The notes: generated from the letters alone by a model not told the origin. Numbered from the whole stretch's first letter, positions 25,585-37,974 are shown. The stretch is DNA of 63,904 bases, filler included, from Octopus bimaculoides (GCF_001194135.2; 5 parts of 5 records of this genome joined end to end with filler, not necessarily neighbours in it); one strand, 5' to 3'. Program-made: numbers and translations.

Positions 25585-26399
25585 ACACGTCATACAAATC
25601 ATTATAATTATAAGCATAATTATAATTAGGGGTGAGCTAATTGCTTCGTCGCGCGCCAAATTTAGAAATAGTAGCTGAAATTCCTTTTCTACTACCGTAA
25701 AGATATCCCAGACAGTAACACACATTCTTTGTATAATTTTACCTACCTAAAAAGGCTTTTTTAACGCATCAACTTACTTAGTAAAATTATTAATTATTAA
25801 TTAATTAATGTTACTCTTTTATTATTAATATTGAAATTATAATTTACACTTTGATCGAACACTGCAGTTTCTGCGGGATTGCTCGTAACACACACGTGGG
25901 TATTGAGGATAAATATGTGTTCACATTCGGACGTATATTTTTGAAAGTGCTTGTTGAATATCAGTTATGCGATGGTGCTTGATATTCAACAAGCACTTGC
26001 AAAAATATTGAATCCAAGAACACTGAAATTTATATTTGAAATGCTGCACTGAAGATGGGAAATAAGTAAATATATATTTACTTTAATCTCGAAACGCGTA
26101 TCCAGCTAATTTGAGTCGTGTGGATTCGTTATGTTTTCTTTTTGCCGACGTAAACAAAAAGTGTGTTACTGTGTGGGAGATCTTTACGGTAGTAGAAGAG
26201 AAATGTTAGCTCCTATTTCCAAATTCGGTGCGTGGCAAAGAGGTCAGCTGACCACTAATTATGATTATATTTATAACTATAGAATATTTGTATAATTCTA
26301 CCTAAAAAGGTTATTTTAACGTACCGACCTACTTGGTAAAATCATTAATTATTAATTAATAAAGTGAATAATTAATTAATTAATTTTACCCCCTTATTA

Positions 26400-26405
<6 letters not shown>
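25585..26405. mobile_element. Penelope-like pseudo-LTR pair, partly inverted and partly direct, with hammerhead-like core
   Basis: 25590-25725 is an inverted copy of 26155-26290; 25728-25830 is a direct copy of 26288-26405; CTGAAGA..CGAAAC core at 26049-26095. Confidence 0.6.
26040..26140 (+). ncRNA. Candidate type I hammerhead ribozyme, possibly degenerate
   Basis: CTGAAGA (26049-55), stem II GGGA..AAGTAAAT/ATTTACTT..TCTC, GAAAC (26091-95), stem III ACG..ATCCA/TGGAT..CGT, putative NUH GTT near 26128-30; stem I weak. Confidence 0.4.
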
Positions 26406-26473
<68 letters not shown>

Positions 26474-27012
26474 CACACACACACATATGCATATACATAC
26501 ATATAAGGAATGAAGTCATGAAGTCATTATAGTGTCAACTTGATAAGCGTTTTGTAAATGCATCAGTTTTCCAAATGCTTCTTTCACTTTCTTTGCCCTA
26601 AAAAAATATAGTCCATTGGCAAATATGTTAATGAAGCAAAATACCCTTAGTTCCCTTCAAAACACGGCAGAGTCGAACCTTGAATAGAGCAGCATCGACT
26701 ATGAAGCAGAGGAATGAAACAGCGTGGAAATACAACTGCGATATGTCTATGCCGCAGAAATGTACACTAGACAGTTTTAAATTAGATAAGCAGCATACTA
26801 CACTGTAAAAATAATAAATGAGCAGTTCTATTAATTTCCGTATTCATTGTACTTGATAAATTCCATATGTGTGTGTGTGTGTGTTTGTGTGTGTGTGTTT
26901 GTGTGTGTGTGCGTGCGTGCGTTCGTGCGTGCGGGTGTATGTATGTTTGTATGCATGCATGTATATATATATATATATATACTTACATGAAATTTTCAAA
27001 CAGAATTAATAT

Positions 27013-27245
27013 TTATGCCCACCTTTATTCAGATAAATTACCAGTCTTGTCGAATCAATTCTGTATATACAAAACAAGGGAATCGCAAATGTCAAGAAAT
27101 ACTTCTTTCGATAGTGCAGCAATTAATTTTCTTTTATGCACAACTCTATTCATATAAAGGATCAGTATTGTCGAACCAATTCTGTATATGCAAAGCTAAG
27201 GAATCCTAAATATCCAGAAACATTTCCTTCCCTATTGGTGCACAG
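27013..27245. repeat. Two diverged ~121-bp tandem units
   Basis: TATGCCCACCTTTATTCAG..GTCGAATCAATTCTGTATATACAAA vs TATGCACAACTCTATTCAT..GTCGAACCAATTCTGTATATGCAAA. Confidence 0.75.
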
Positions 27246-27299
27246 TCTCGTTCAATGACCGCCCTCAAAACATGTTTATACATTGACATAGAAATCTTG

Positions 27300-27800
27300 G
27301 TGTACCATTTCGGACCAATCTATCAGTTTTGCTAATGTTTATGAAGTTGCACTCATACATTAATATGGTGTTGTGTAGACATTGTCGCCATCTTCTAAGT
27401 CGCCTGGAATGCTTGTCATGATAGAGTGTAGTATCAAATTCAAGTAGACAGGACTAATCACAGTACTATAAAGACATTCCAGTTTTTGATGATATGCTGT
27501 CTTCACATCACTCCTTGTAATTTAAAACGTTGACTTCCTCGGTAATTTCAGGATTGTCAGATTTCCAGTTGATGGTATATGATGGTTACTTAAAACAACT
27601 AATTTAAATGTAGCCCTGTCACACAAAATCTAGTTTGTGTATGTGCACATCTACCTAATTTTCAAAGAACTTCTCACAAAAGTCCAGTCTCCGGTTCGAA
27701 TTATCTTCCTGGAACGCCTGGATCATACTTCAAATGCACTTTTTCAAACGACATCGCTTCAAGTTTGAGTGGAGGTAAGTCCCTTTCTTTTATGTGTTTA
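27300..27800 (-). mobile_element. Second Tc1/mariner (DUF4817-type) transposase fragment
   Basis: Minus, frameshifted: ..RLDFCEKF..FC.(D)RATFKL..W.SDNPEITEEVNVLN..YL.L, same family signature as 23740-24458. Confidence 0.6.
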
Positions 27801-28768
27801 AAACACTCTCCTGAAGTATCTTTGTACTTCCACTCAATTGTTTATCTTCCAGTAGCGTGCTTCTCTCAGAGTTGTTTGTTGAAAGCTGAGTTTGACTCCG
27901 TTCATAATTAAATAAGCTGTCAGCAGTTTCATGTTTGGAATACTTTGTGTATATAGGTGTGTGTGTGTGTTCATATCTAAGTGAAAGCATGACTAAAAGT
28001 GTATATTTGTAATATATTTGCACATATTTTGTATGGTTACGGGATTTTTGTTGATCTGGTTGTATTTATTCGTTGACATACCCATGAATTATGGCTTCTC
28101 GAATCTATTTTCTATGCATACGTGTTGCTTCTATTTGGGAACGAATATATTCTATCTCATTTAATAATCCTCTTAAGTATAGACTGAAATTTGTTATCGA
28201 TATATATTTACACAATAAACATCATGTTAATACGTGAATAAGGCGAATAAATTGAAGCAGTACGTTTAACATAGTCTATTTCACCAATAGTAAATGTGAC
28301 TATAACCATAATGAAAACAGTATATAATGTTACTAATATCAAGAGACCATATCTTTAGGGGTGTGTATAAATATATATATATATATATATATANNNNNNN
28401 NNNNNNNNNNNNNNNNNNNNNNNNNNNNNNNNNNNNNNNNNNNNNNNNNNNNNNNNNNNNNNNNNNNNNNNNNNNNNNNNNNNNNNNNNNNNNNNNNNNN
28501 NNNNNNNNNNNNNNNNNNNNNNNNNNNNNNNNNNNNNNNNNNNNNNNNNNNNNNNNNNNNNNNNNNNNNNNNNNNNNNNNNNNNNNNNNNNNNNNNNNNN
28601 NNNNNNNNNNNNNNNNNNNNNNNNNNNNNNNNNNNNNNNNNNNNNNNNNNNNNNNNNNNNNNNNNNNNNNNNNNNNNNNNNNNNNNNNNNNNNNNNNNNN
28701 NNNNNNNNNNNNNNNNNNNNNNNNNNNNNNNNNNNNNNNNNNNNNNNNNNNNNNNNNNNNNNNNNNNN

Positions 28769-29007
28769 AAAGCTCTACGAGGCTCCGGCAGGGGATGGTG
28801 GCGAACCCTGCTGTACTTTTCCACCACAACTTTCTCTCACTCATTCTTCCTGTTTTTGTTGGACTTGTATTTGAAAGGGCCAGCCTTGTCACACTGTGTC
28901 ACGCTGAATATCCCCGAGAACTACGTTAAGGGTACACGTGTCTGTACACGTTAATTTCACGACCAGGCTGTTACGTTGATTGGATCAACTGGAACCCTCG
29001 ACGTCGT
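28769..29007 (+). mobile_element. SINE family B, partial (5' end in gap)
   Basis: Near-identical to 20030-20285. Confidence 0.85.
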
Positions 29008-29044
29008 ATATATATTTTAAAACGATAAAAGCTTGAGATGAAAA

Positions 29045-29210
29045 GATAGCGAAATAGTAGAAAAGAAAGGTCACTTAATTTTGCCTTCTGTACAAATTTT
29101 GAATATGAATAAGAAAAAAAAAATTGTGGAACTTGTAGACAATAGATGACAGCGCTTCAGTTTTCGAATTTGCTGTAGATATTAACATGGTAATTAGGGG
29201 CAGTGCATGG
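29045..29210 (+). pseudogene. Ig-like exon remnant
   Basis: HLILPSVQILNMNKK-NCGTCRQ..SASVFEFAVDINMVIRG, resembling SxLxIxNxxxxDxGTYxC plus a G strand. Confidence 0.3.
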
Positions 29211-29239
29211 TAGATTCAGTAGAGCATTATACAAAATGT

Positions 29240-29440
29240 GTAAGGCGGTTAGCTAGAAGAATTATTCCTACATTTGGCAAAATGCTTAGTGGTATTTTGT
29301 CCGTCATTAAGTTCTGAGATCAAATCTCACCGCGGTAGACTTTGAATTTCGAAGTCGATAAAATAAATATCAGTTGATCACTGAGGTTAATGTAATAAAC
29401 TTAAACTCTTCTCCGAAATTGCTAGCCTTGTACTTGATAT
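29240..29440 (+). mobile_element. Degenerate Nin/Deu-domain SINE (family D)
   Basis: GGCGGTTAGCTAG..AAATGCTTAGTGGTATTTTGTCCGTC..GTTCTGAGATCAAATCTCACCGCGGTAGACTTTG. Confidence 0.6.
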
Positions 29441-29699
29441 TAATGCGGTGATTTAAGGGCAATTGATGACACGTAAAACTTTTGAAAAGCTGCCGCAGAA
29501 TTCTCGTAGATACAATAATATAGCGGCAGTTTTACTTCTTTTATCAACATACGTATTATACTAACGAAATATGTTATTTCTGTTATTATTATATTCTATT
29601 CGAAATTTTTATGTGTGTCAATAGTCAAGACATACGTAGTCAGATATCATTTCCTTTAAAACTCGTCAACGTTGACTATCGTAGTTAATTGAATTATAA

Positions 29700-30150
29700 A
29701 CATTTTGTTGCTATTTTTACTTATATTTCAGGTATTGCAGTATCAACGATTATATTTCAAGTATTACTTATATCTCAAGTAGTGCAGAATAATTTGATTT
29801 CTCTTTACTACCTGTTTCCTCTATTTAAAAGCTGCTCAAAATTATCACGATATTCTTTATCATTTCCATTAACGGAGATTCTTTCCTAATGATCTTATAC
29901 ATATTTTCTTATTTATCATTTTATTTCACAACACTTATAGCTAATTTATAATTGAGCCATACATACGGATTTCGTTTTCGTATATTTCAAGTACGACATG
30001 AACCTGAATCAATCGTTTAGACTCACTATTTGAAAATTGATCTCACTTGAAACAATTTCACATATGTACATTGACTCCTTCATGTTCTACATTAAATGCA
30101 TTCAAATTGGATAAGTATGCATTCAAAATTTGAATATATTTTGCTTTACC
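29700..30150 (-). pseudogene. Ig-like exon remnant
   Basis: AYLSNLNAFNVEHE-SMYICEIVSSEINFQIVSL (SxLxIxNVxxEDxGxYxC), followed by KKICIRSLGKNLR*WK and NYSALLEI. Confidence 0.4.
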
Positions 30151-30179
30151 GAAATAAAATTATAATATGATTCGTTATC

Positions 30180-30327
30180 AGTGGCTGTGTGATAAGAAGT
30201 TTGCTTCCCAACCACATAATTCCGGATTAAATCCCACTGCGTGTCACGTTCGGCATTTGTCTTCAACAATAGCTTCGGACTAAAGTTTTTTGACTGGAAT
30301 TGCTCAATGGAAACTACAGCAAGCCTA

Positions 30328-30397
<70 letters not shown>

Positions 30398-30480
30398 CTG
30401 AAAGTGAGTGTATGCCTCCGTGTGTAACTATCGAAACTTGGATTCTAGTGTCGGAGTTTTTACGTCTGCATAACCTAGCG
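30180..30480 (+). mobile_element. SINE family A, degenerate 5' head and body
   Basis: GTGGCTGTGTGATAAGAAGTTTGCTTCCCAACCACAT..AATCCCACTGCGTG tRNA-like head. Confidence 0.7.
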
Positions 30481-30611
30481 CTTNNNNNNNNNNNNNNNNN
30501 NNNNNNNNNNNNNNNNNNNNNNNNNNNTTAATTAATTAANNNNNNNNNNNNNNNNNNNNNNNNNNNNNNNNNNNNNNNNNNNNTACATGTCTGTCTATAT
30601 CTCTCTCTATC

Positions 30612-30686
<75 letters not shown>

Positions 30687-31570
30687 CACACACATTGGTG
30701 TGTGTGTGTGTGTGTGCATGTGTGTGTGTGTGTGTGTGTGTGCGTGTGTGCGTACGTCTGCATACGTCTGAGATCATGCGTATGTGCATCTTTGAATGTA
30801 TATACCTATGTATTCGCATGTGCGTATATGTTCCAGCTAGTCTGTAGCAAGTGCGCCTGCGCACGTCCATGTGTATAGATGTGGGTGTACGTATCCTTAT
30901 GCACGTATGTACGTATCTGCGCACATGTGATTGTATATGTTGTGTGTGAGTGTGTGTGTATGTGTATGTGTGTGTGTGTGTGTGTTTGTGTGCGTGTGTG
31001 TGTACATGCGTGTGCCTGTGTCAGGGAGGCAGTATGCAAAACGGTGACATATTGAAATTAATCAGGCTGAATATAATTCCTCCTCACAAGCTTCTCTGAC
31101 TGTTGTCCTTCTTCCAATCCCTCTATTAAGGCTCACTGCAAGTGACTCCCTTTTTTTTTTTTGCAAGCTCGATTACTTCCGGTTAGCGATTATTTCCGGC
31201 TGGTGATTACTTCCGATTAATTTCACTTGAGTTAGTATCATCAGCGAATAGTTAGAGAAGTTTATAAGGTGAAGGGACCACCCAAAACGATGACGAAGAG
31301 TTAATACTGACAGTGATCTGATATAGATCCCTGCGTTTCTGTTTTGTTATAAATTCAGTTAGAGGAAGAGAGAGAGGAGGAAAGGAGGAGGAGGATGGAA
31401 GGGGAAGGTTGTACCTATAACCAGTCTTTGCAGAAGGCTGCTTACTGACAGCTGGGTGGGTGAGGTATGTTTTATAATATTATGAATAAATATGGAGATA
31501 GAATCATATTCAAACACGTACGTACGTACACATACACACACACACATACAGACACACACATACACACACT

Positions 31571-31646
<76 letters not shown>

Positions 31647-32437
31647 NNNNNNNNNNNNNNNNNNNNNNNNNNNNNNNNNNNNNNNNNNNNNNNNNNNNNN
31701 NNNNNNNNNNNNNNNNNNNNNNNNNNNNNNNNNNNNNNNNNNNNNNNNNNNNNNNNNNNNNNNNNNNNNNNNNNNNNNNNNNNNNNNNNNNNNNNNNNNN
31801 NNNNNNNNNNNNNNNNNNNNNNNNNNNNNNNNNNNNNNNNNNNNNNNNNNNNNNNNNNNNNNNNNNNNNNNNNNNNNNNNNNNNNNNNNNNNNNNNNNNN
31901 NNNNNNNNNNNNNNNNNNNNNNNNNNNNNNNNNNNNNNNNNNNNNNNNNNNNNNNNNNNNNNNNNNNNNNNNNNNNNNNNNNNNNNNNNNNNNNNNNNNN
32001 NNNNNNNNNNNNNNNNNNNNNNNNNNNNNNNNNNNNNNNNNNNNNNNNNNNNNNNNNNNNNNNNNNNNNNNNNNNNNNNNNNNNNNNNNNNNNNNNNNNN
32101 NNNNNNNNNNNNNNNNNNNNNNNNNNNNNNNNNNNNNNNNNNNNNNNNNNNNNNNNNNNNNNNNNNNNNNNNNNNNNNNNNNNNNNNNNNNNNNNNNNNN
32201 NNNNNNNNNNNNNNNNNNNNNNNNNNNNNNNNNNNNNNNNNNNNNNNNNNNNNNNNNNNNNNNNNNNNNNNNNNNNNNNNNNNNNNNNNNNNNNNNNNNN
32301 NNNNNNNNNNNNNNNNNNNNNNNNNNNNNNNNNNNNNNNNNNNNNNNNNNNNNNNNNNNNNNNNNNNNNNNNNNNNNNNNNNNNNNNNNNNNNNNNNNNN
32401 NNNCCTATATTTATACTTAAACATTCCTCTCTACTCT

Positions 32438-32855
32438 AGGCACAAGGCCCGAAATTTTTGGGGAGGGGGTCAGTCGATTATACTGACCCCAGTACGTAAC
32501 TAGTACTTAATTTATCGACCCCGAAAGGATGAAAGGCAAAGTCGACCTCGGCGAAATTTGAACCCAGAAAGTAAAGACGGACGAATTACCGCTAAGCATT
32601 TCGCCCAGCGTGCTAACATTTCTTATTTCTTTATTGCCCACAAGGGGCTAAACACAGAGGGGACAAACAAGGATAGACAAAGAGATTAAGTCGATTACAT
32701 CGACCTCAGTGTGTAAATGGTACTTAATTTATCGACCCCGAAAGGATGAAAGGTAAAGTCGACCTCGGCGGAATTTGAACTCAGAACGTAAAGACAGACG
32801 AAATACCGCTAAGCATTTCGCCCGGCGTGCTAACGTTTCTGCCAGCTCCCCGCCT
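32438..32855 (-). mobile_element. Two tandem Nin/Deu-domain SINEs (family D)
   Basis: Two copies of TTTATCGACCCCGAAAGGATGAAAGG.AAAGTCGACCTCGGCG.AATTTGAAC (reverse of the Deu/Nin core), at ~32510 and ~32730. Confidence 0.9.
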
Positions 32856-33399
32856 TTTATACTTAAATATTCATCCTCTGAGAATCTTCAGTCTTTACTT
32901 TCTTTCCGTATGTATGTATGTATGTATGTATGTATGTATGTATGTATACATATATACACACACACGCGCGCGTGCGCTATCTGCATAATTGCTTCCATAT
33001 CTGCTCATCTGAATTCCTCTTATAGCTACGCTTTACCCTCACGGAATTTGTCCCTTGTAAAGACATCGAGGTCTAAGTCCGAATCATTTTAGCGCTACAA
33101 AGTGTTTTCTACACCGAGAATCTCTGGATTTCATTTGCTGACTGCATACATACATACATACATACATACATACATACATACATACATACATTTGTGACTA
33201 TGAAAATCCACAAGATTTTAAAATTCAAAGTATGACGGTTAAGTAAAGATACTCTCCGTCACAGCCTTGCTACCACATTAGTGGCCGGTCGAAATTTACT
33301 CTAAATTTAAAAGAGAAAGAGATGACACACATACACACATACATACATACATACATACATACACAATGGTTGAAACACAATTTCGAGCAATGTCATCGC

Positions 33400-33650
33400 T
33401 TGATTGTACTCTCAAAATACCATGCATGTGGCTTTTCAGTCCTGCTAGGGACCTAAGCTTTTTTGCATAAACGTGGCCACGATGAGCGCCTCTTGCAGCA
33501 GGTTTTCAGAAAGTTACCAACCATGCGGACACGTGCTTTCATTCCATCACGGAATTTTTCATTGAGTGCTTTGCCTTTGGGTCGTTGGTGACAGAACTTA
33601 AAATCCTACCGTGCCTATCTAGTACCTTTGGCGCCTTGGACGCCTTGCAG
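33400..33650 (-). mobile_element. Possible 3' end of LINE ORF2 with terminal C2H2-like finger
   Basis: Minus, frameshifted LCKKA-RSLAGLKSHMH resembles the C-terminal finger of RTE-type ORF2. Confidence 0.3.
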
Positions 33651-34114
33651 GATATACATACATACAAACATACCTAGCAGTTATGACACTCGGCGTCTTT
33701 CTATGCATTATAAAATGGCTGCCCTATATAAAGATCGTTTAATAATTCCTCTGACGTTAATTGTCTTTTCGACTATATCTAAAACTAATCTAAAACTGCC
33801 GATATGAACGATAAGAATTTAAAGAAACCGGCGCTGCCAGCACCATCATCAGACAACTGTTATATCTGTATCTCTGTTTATTGATCCGATATCGATGACT
33901 ATGATATAAAGTGGAAAAAAAAACAACAAAACATTTCAAAACCACAGTTTGAAAATTTGAAGATACATATATATATATATATTGTATTTTTATATAAGCT
34001 TAAAGCTTATGGCGATCACCGTGCAATGACTAAGGAAAATAGTCTAATAATGGGGCATATAAGACCTCGACAGAAATAAGAAGGCTTTCCCCGAAAGCAT
34101 ATATATATATTTAC

Positions 34115-34532
34115 TCTTTTACTCTTTTACTCTTTTACTTGTTTCAGTCATTTGACTGCGGCCATGCTGGAGCACCGCCTTTAGTCGAGCAGATCGACCC
34201 CAGGACTTATTCTTTGTAAGCCTAGTATTTATTCTATCGGTCTCTTTTTGCCGAACCACTAAGTTACGGGGACGTAAACACACCAGCATCGGTTGTCAAG
34301 CGATGGCGGGGGGACAAACACAAACACACATACACACATACACACACACATATATATATATATACACATATATACGACGGGCTTCTCTCAGTTTCCGTCT
34401 ACCAAATCCACTCACAAGGCTTTGGTCGGCCCGAAGCTATAGTAGAAGACACTTGCCCAAGGTGTCACGCAGTGGGTCTGAACCCAAAACCATGTGGTTG
34501 GTAAGCAAGCTACTTACCACACAGCCACTCCT
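34115..34532 (-). mobile_element. SINE family A, full-length reference copy
   Basis: tRNA-like head GTGGCTGTGTGGTAAGTAGCTTGCTTACCAACCACATGG..GTTCAGACCC, body with internal (TA/CA)n, and (GTAAAAGA)n-like tail. Confidence 0.92.
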
Positions 34533-34554
34533 ATGCATATTTCGTATATAACAG

Positions 34555-34588
34555 CGGAGTGACTTATTCGAAGACTACAACAATGCAA
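34555..34588 (+). CDS. Small exon candidate (34 nt)
   Basis: tatataacag|..|gtaagc; two open frames (RSDLFEDYNNA or GVTYSKTTTMQ). Confidence 0.2.
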
Positions 34589-35799
34589 GTAAGCGCATTA
34601 TGCTTTAGTTTCATGTTTGCAATTTACTAGCACAGATGGTATATATTTAGTTTTGTTTACCCACATATTCGACATCTTTTATTCTTGTTGGTATTACTAT
34701 TGTCATTATTATTGACTGTGGAAAATAGGCAGTTTAGCCTAATATTATATATTAAATAAATAATGTCGTGCGAAGCAGCGATGAATGAAAATATTCCTGT
34801 AAAGTCATATTTAACGCGTTCGTATGTATTCGGACGTAATAAGACCTTTTGCTGCTGAGATAGTCCCAGATGAAAGCCCTACATTTTTGTTGCCAAGTGG
34901 AGCCAAGTGGAGCCAAGTGGAGCTGTGAACGACGTTATTGGAATCGCAGATCGCATGCATTTCAGCATCTTTCAGCTTCTTCAAATTTTTTTAATGTTCA
35001 TATTTTAACAGGAAAAGGCTTCTATCGCCCTTTCTTTGTCCACAAAACCAGAATAAAATTTTCCACTACTTCTAAGAAAACACTTTAGAAAGCACTGCCT
35101 CAGAGCGTTAGACATATACCTATGTATTTAAAATTACAACCTTTTGTTGGTTATTTTTTCCTTCATTTCTCAGGGGAAAATAAAATCAAGTACCAGTCAC
35201 ATACTGGGGTCAATACAACTAACTTTTCTCACATTACTGGCCTAGCGTCTATTCTAGAAACAATTTCTCATCCTTCCCTACTACTTCTACTACTACTACT
35301 ACTACTACTGCAGATAATCCCTGACCGCCTGTCATGTTTATTCTTCATTGCCAACCCCTGCCAACTGTTTCTGTTGTAATTTGTTAGTAAGTGAACTCAA
35401 GCGTCCAACTCCACTGCTTCGGGTTTTCTAAATCAAAGCTCGGCAACTCTTTTATACTGTCTCCCCTTCGCCTTTCCCCTTCCATTTCCACACCCTCCAC
35501 CCCACGAAACGCAGTTACCATTCTTTAGCTGAATTACTTTTCGGCTTAGCTTCTTTTACTGTTTCTTACCCCCATTCTTTTTCTTCTTTAGCAAACGAAA
35601 CGAACCTCCTCCCCACCAACCATCACAATCACCACCGTTTCTATCAACACCATCATCACAATATACCCATTTACGGCTACACGAATCAATGAAGGAGCCT
35701 CTGGACCACTGGTCCCTAACCTTTTCATTGCTCCGTACCCCTTGAAAATGATTCATCGTTTTTCGTACATCCTATATAAGTAATAATAAATATAAATAA

Positions 35800-36047
35800 A
35801 TGCGCCCTTTTAAAGCTTACCCAGGCTCATGGGCCCGGTTTCCCGGTTTCAATGACGTATGTGTTCCCCAGCTGGACGGGACGCCAGTCCATCGCAGCGT
35901 TTCTCATTTTTGCCAGCTGAGTGGACTGGAGCAACGTGAAAATGAAGTGTTTTGCTCAAGAACACAACGCATCGCGCGGTCCAGGAATCGAAACCACAAT
36001 CTTACGATCATGGTGCTGACACCTTAACCACTAGGCCATGCGCCTCC
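35800..36047 (-). mobile_element. tRNA-derived SINE family C (Meta-domain-like)
   Basis: Minus head GGAGGCGCATGGCCTAGTGGTTAAGGTG..GGTTTCGATTCC, then TTCTTGAGCAAAACACTTC..TCCAGTCCACTCAGCTG. Confidence 0.85.
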
Positions 36048-36544
36048 ACCATAAGTAATAATACATATCCTTTATACTCATTACTATTAATCGTTCCAAT
36101 CATCAGACTGCAGTCATGTTGGGGCGTTGCTTTGAAACCTTTAGTCTAACAAATCTACTATTTCTCGGGTGGACCAACGCTTTGAGAATATAAATTTGGT
36201 AGACANNNNNNNNNNNNNNNNNNNNNNNNNNNNNNNNNNNNNNNNNNNNNNNNNNNNNNNNNNNNNNNNNNNNNNNNNNNNNNNNNNNNNNNNNNNNNNN
36301 NNNNNNNNNNNNNNNNNNNNNNNNNNNNNNNNNNNNNNNNNNNNNNNNNNNNNNNNNNNNNNNNNNNNNNNNNTATACATACATACGTAATACATACATA
36401 CATACAAACAAAAATACTCTGTTGTTAATGCTGAAATTCCAGTGAAGTAGCCTTGGATCTAGGTTAGAAACCGCATCTTTCTCTAAAGGCCAGAAATCTT
36501 GCAATAAACTCAGTAATATCATGCATACATATGTACTCTATCCA

Positions 36545-36790
36545 GATTACAGATACATACATACATATGTTACTCTATCCAGATTACAAGTTCGGGTTTA
36601 TACCTGTAATTATTGGGACCCTGGGGTGTGTAACACACTGTCTAAATACCAATCTTGAGAAATTAGGCTTCTCAAAACCAGAAAGGAGAAAGCTAATTCG
36701 AAGACTACAAATCTAATCCACCACTTGAACTGAAAAATATCTGTAAAACTTTACAGAAGTCTATCATTTAAATATATATGCGCATGTCTG
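36545..36790 (+). mobile_element. 3' end of an RLE-type (R4/Dong-like) LINE
   Basis: YPDYKFGFIPVIIGTLGCV..LEKLGF..LIRRLQI, typical post-endonuclease C-terminus. Confidence 0.7.
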
Positions 36791-36939
36791 TCTGTATGTA
36801 TGTACGTCCATTTCTTCGACTAAAACTCTTTAAGGCACTGATCTCCGTATGCCTTTAGCCCAATAACTAGAAGTAAAAAAAAAAACAAAACAAAAAAAAA
36901 AAATGAAGGCGAAATATTAAGGATATATATTGTGACTAG

Positions 36940-37050
36940 TGAGGCATAGCTGTGTTGTAAAAAGCTTTCTTACCAACCACATCGTTCCGAGTTCAGTCCC
37001 ACTGTGTGACATTTTGGGCAAGTGTCTTCTGCTATAGCCTCGGGCCGACC
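36940..37050 (+). mobile_element. SINE family A 5' head, runs into gap
   Basis: GCTGTGTTGTAAAAAGC..CCAACCACATCGTTCCGAGTTCAGTCCCACTG..GGGCAAGTGTCTTCTGCTATAGCCTCGGGCCGACC. Confidence 0.8.
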
Positions 37051-37196
37051 NNNNNNNNNNNNNNNNNNNNNNNNNNNNNNNNNNNNNNNNNNNNTTAATT
37101 AATTAANNNNNNNNNNNNNNNNNNNNNNNNNNNNNNNNNNNNNNNNNNNNATTTTACCCCAGTGTCACTTTGATGGCATGCACTGCTCTCTCACTC

Positions 37197-37269
<73 letters not shown>

Positions 37270-37470
37270 GTAGTAATAAACTTCACATTTTTACGTAAAT
37301 TCCGCTCCTCGTGAAAGCAGTCTTCATTCAGTTTTATTATAAAATTATAAAGCGATTCTTTTAATAACACACAGACATCACCTCACTTGACTGCATCTTT
37401 AGATGCAAAGGTTTGACGTCACTGGCTTAGATTTGGATGCAGATTGTATACATTAAAGCAAAACCAAAAC

Positions 37471-37546
<76 letters not shown>

Positions 37547-37548
<2 letters not shown>

Positions 37549-37965
37549 GCCCGGATGCAGTACCAGGCAGTGGCTCTCATGCCTTCTGATCTTAATTGCT
37601 TGGAAGTGTTATCATGTACATTGTTTTGTCTTGGTATAAAAGATGGGATACAGCAAATATACTGTTTAATACCACAGATTTGCTTGTCAGTTATTTGACC
37701 TTAACCAGTTGTGCATGTCCCTTGGTGGCTGACGATATGTGCATCTCTGATCATGAGCAGAAGTAGTGAGGGAGCATCATAGCCATGTGTTGAGGGGAAT
37801 TCTGTGGCATTTGAATAATTCACCTTTGGAAACATGGGTGTTTTGCTCAACATCCTTACACAAACCTTATTCAGAGACCTTTTGAGCGGGATGGACTACT
37901 CGACCTGAAGAAAATTCTAACTGGGCCCCACCTGCGAGGTCATGTGCTGTTTATCTTGATAGACT
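37547..37965 (+). mobile_element. (TAA)n-associated non-autonomous retroelement (family E), 5' portion; 3' portions at 43015-43300 and 37151-37197
   Basis: Starts right after (TAA)n; overlaps in sequence with 43020-43160 (GGAAACATGGGTGTTT..CTCGACCTGAAGAAAATTCTA); 3' copies end CTCTCTCA(CTC)AATAATAAT. Confidence 0.75.
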
Positions 37966-37974
37966 AGAGGGGGG

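Noticed and set aside
30528-30539. TTAATTAATTAA islands inside N runs (also near 37095, 58288 and 62707)
   Set aside because: An identical all-frame-stop 12-mer embedded in gaps is a scaffolding spacer, not biology.
31170-31222. Three 17-bp repeats GATTACTTCCGG..; also (CCAAGTGGAG)x3 at ~34890 and a 26-bp duplication at 52235-52290
   Set aside because: They are short slippage-type tandem duplications with no unique spacers, so not CRISPR-like.
33715-33807. MAALYKDRLIIPLTLIVFSTIS signal-peptide-like short ORF
   Set aside because: No splice donor before the stop and no downstream support.
36430-36480. Degenerate hammerhead-like motifs (also 4710-4740 and 19565-19610)
   Set aside because: The catalytic core CUGANGA is mutated in each, so at most these are dead Penelope termini.
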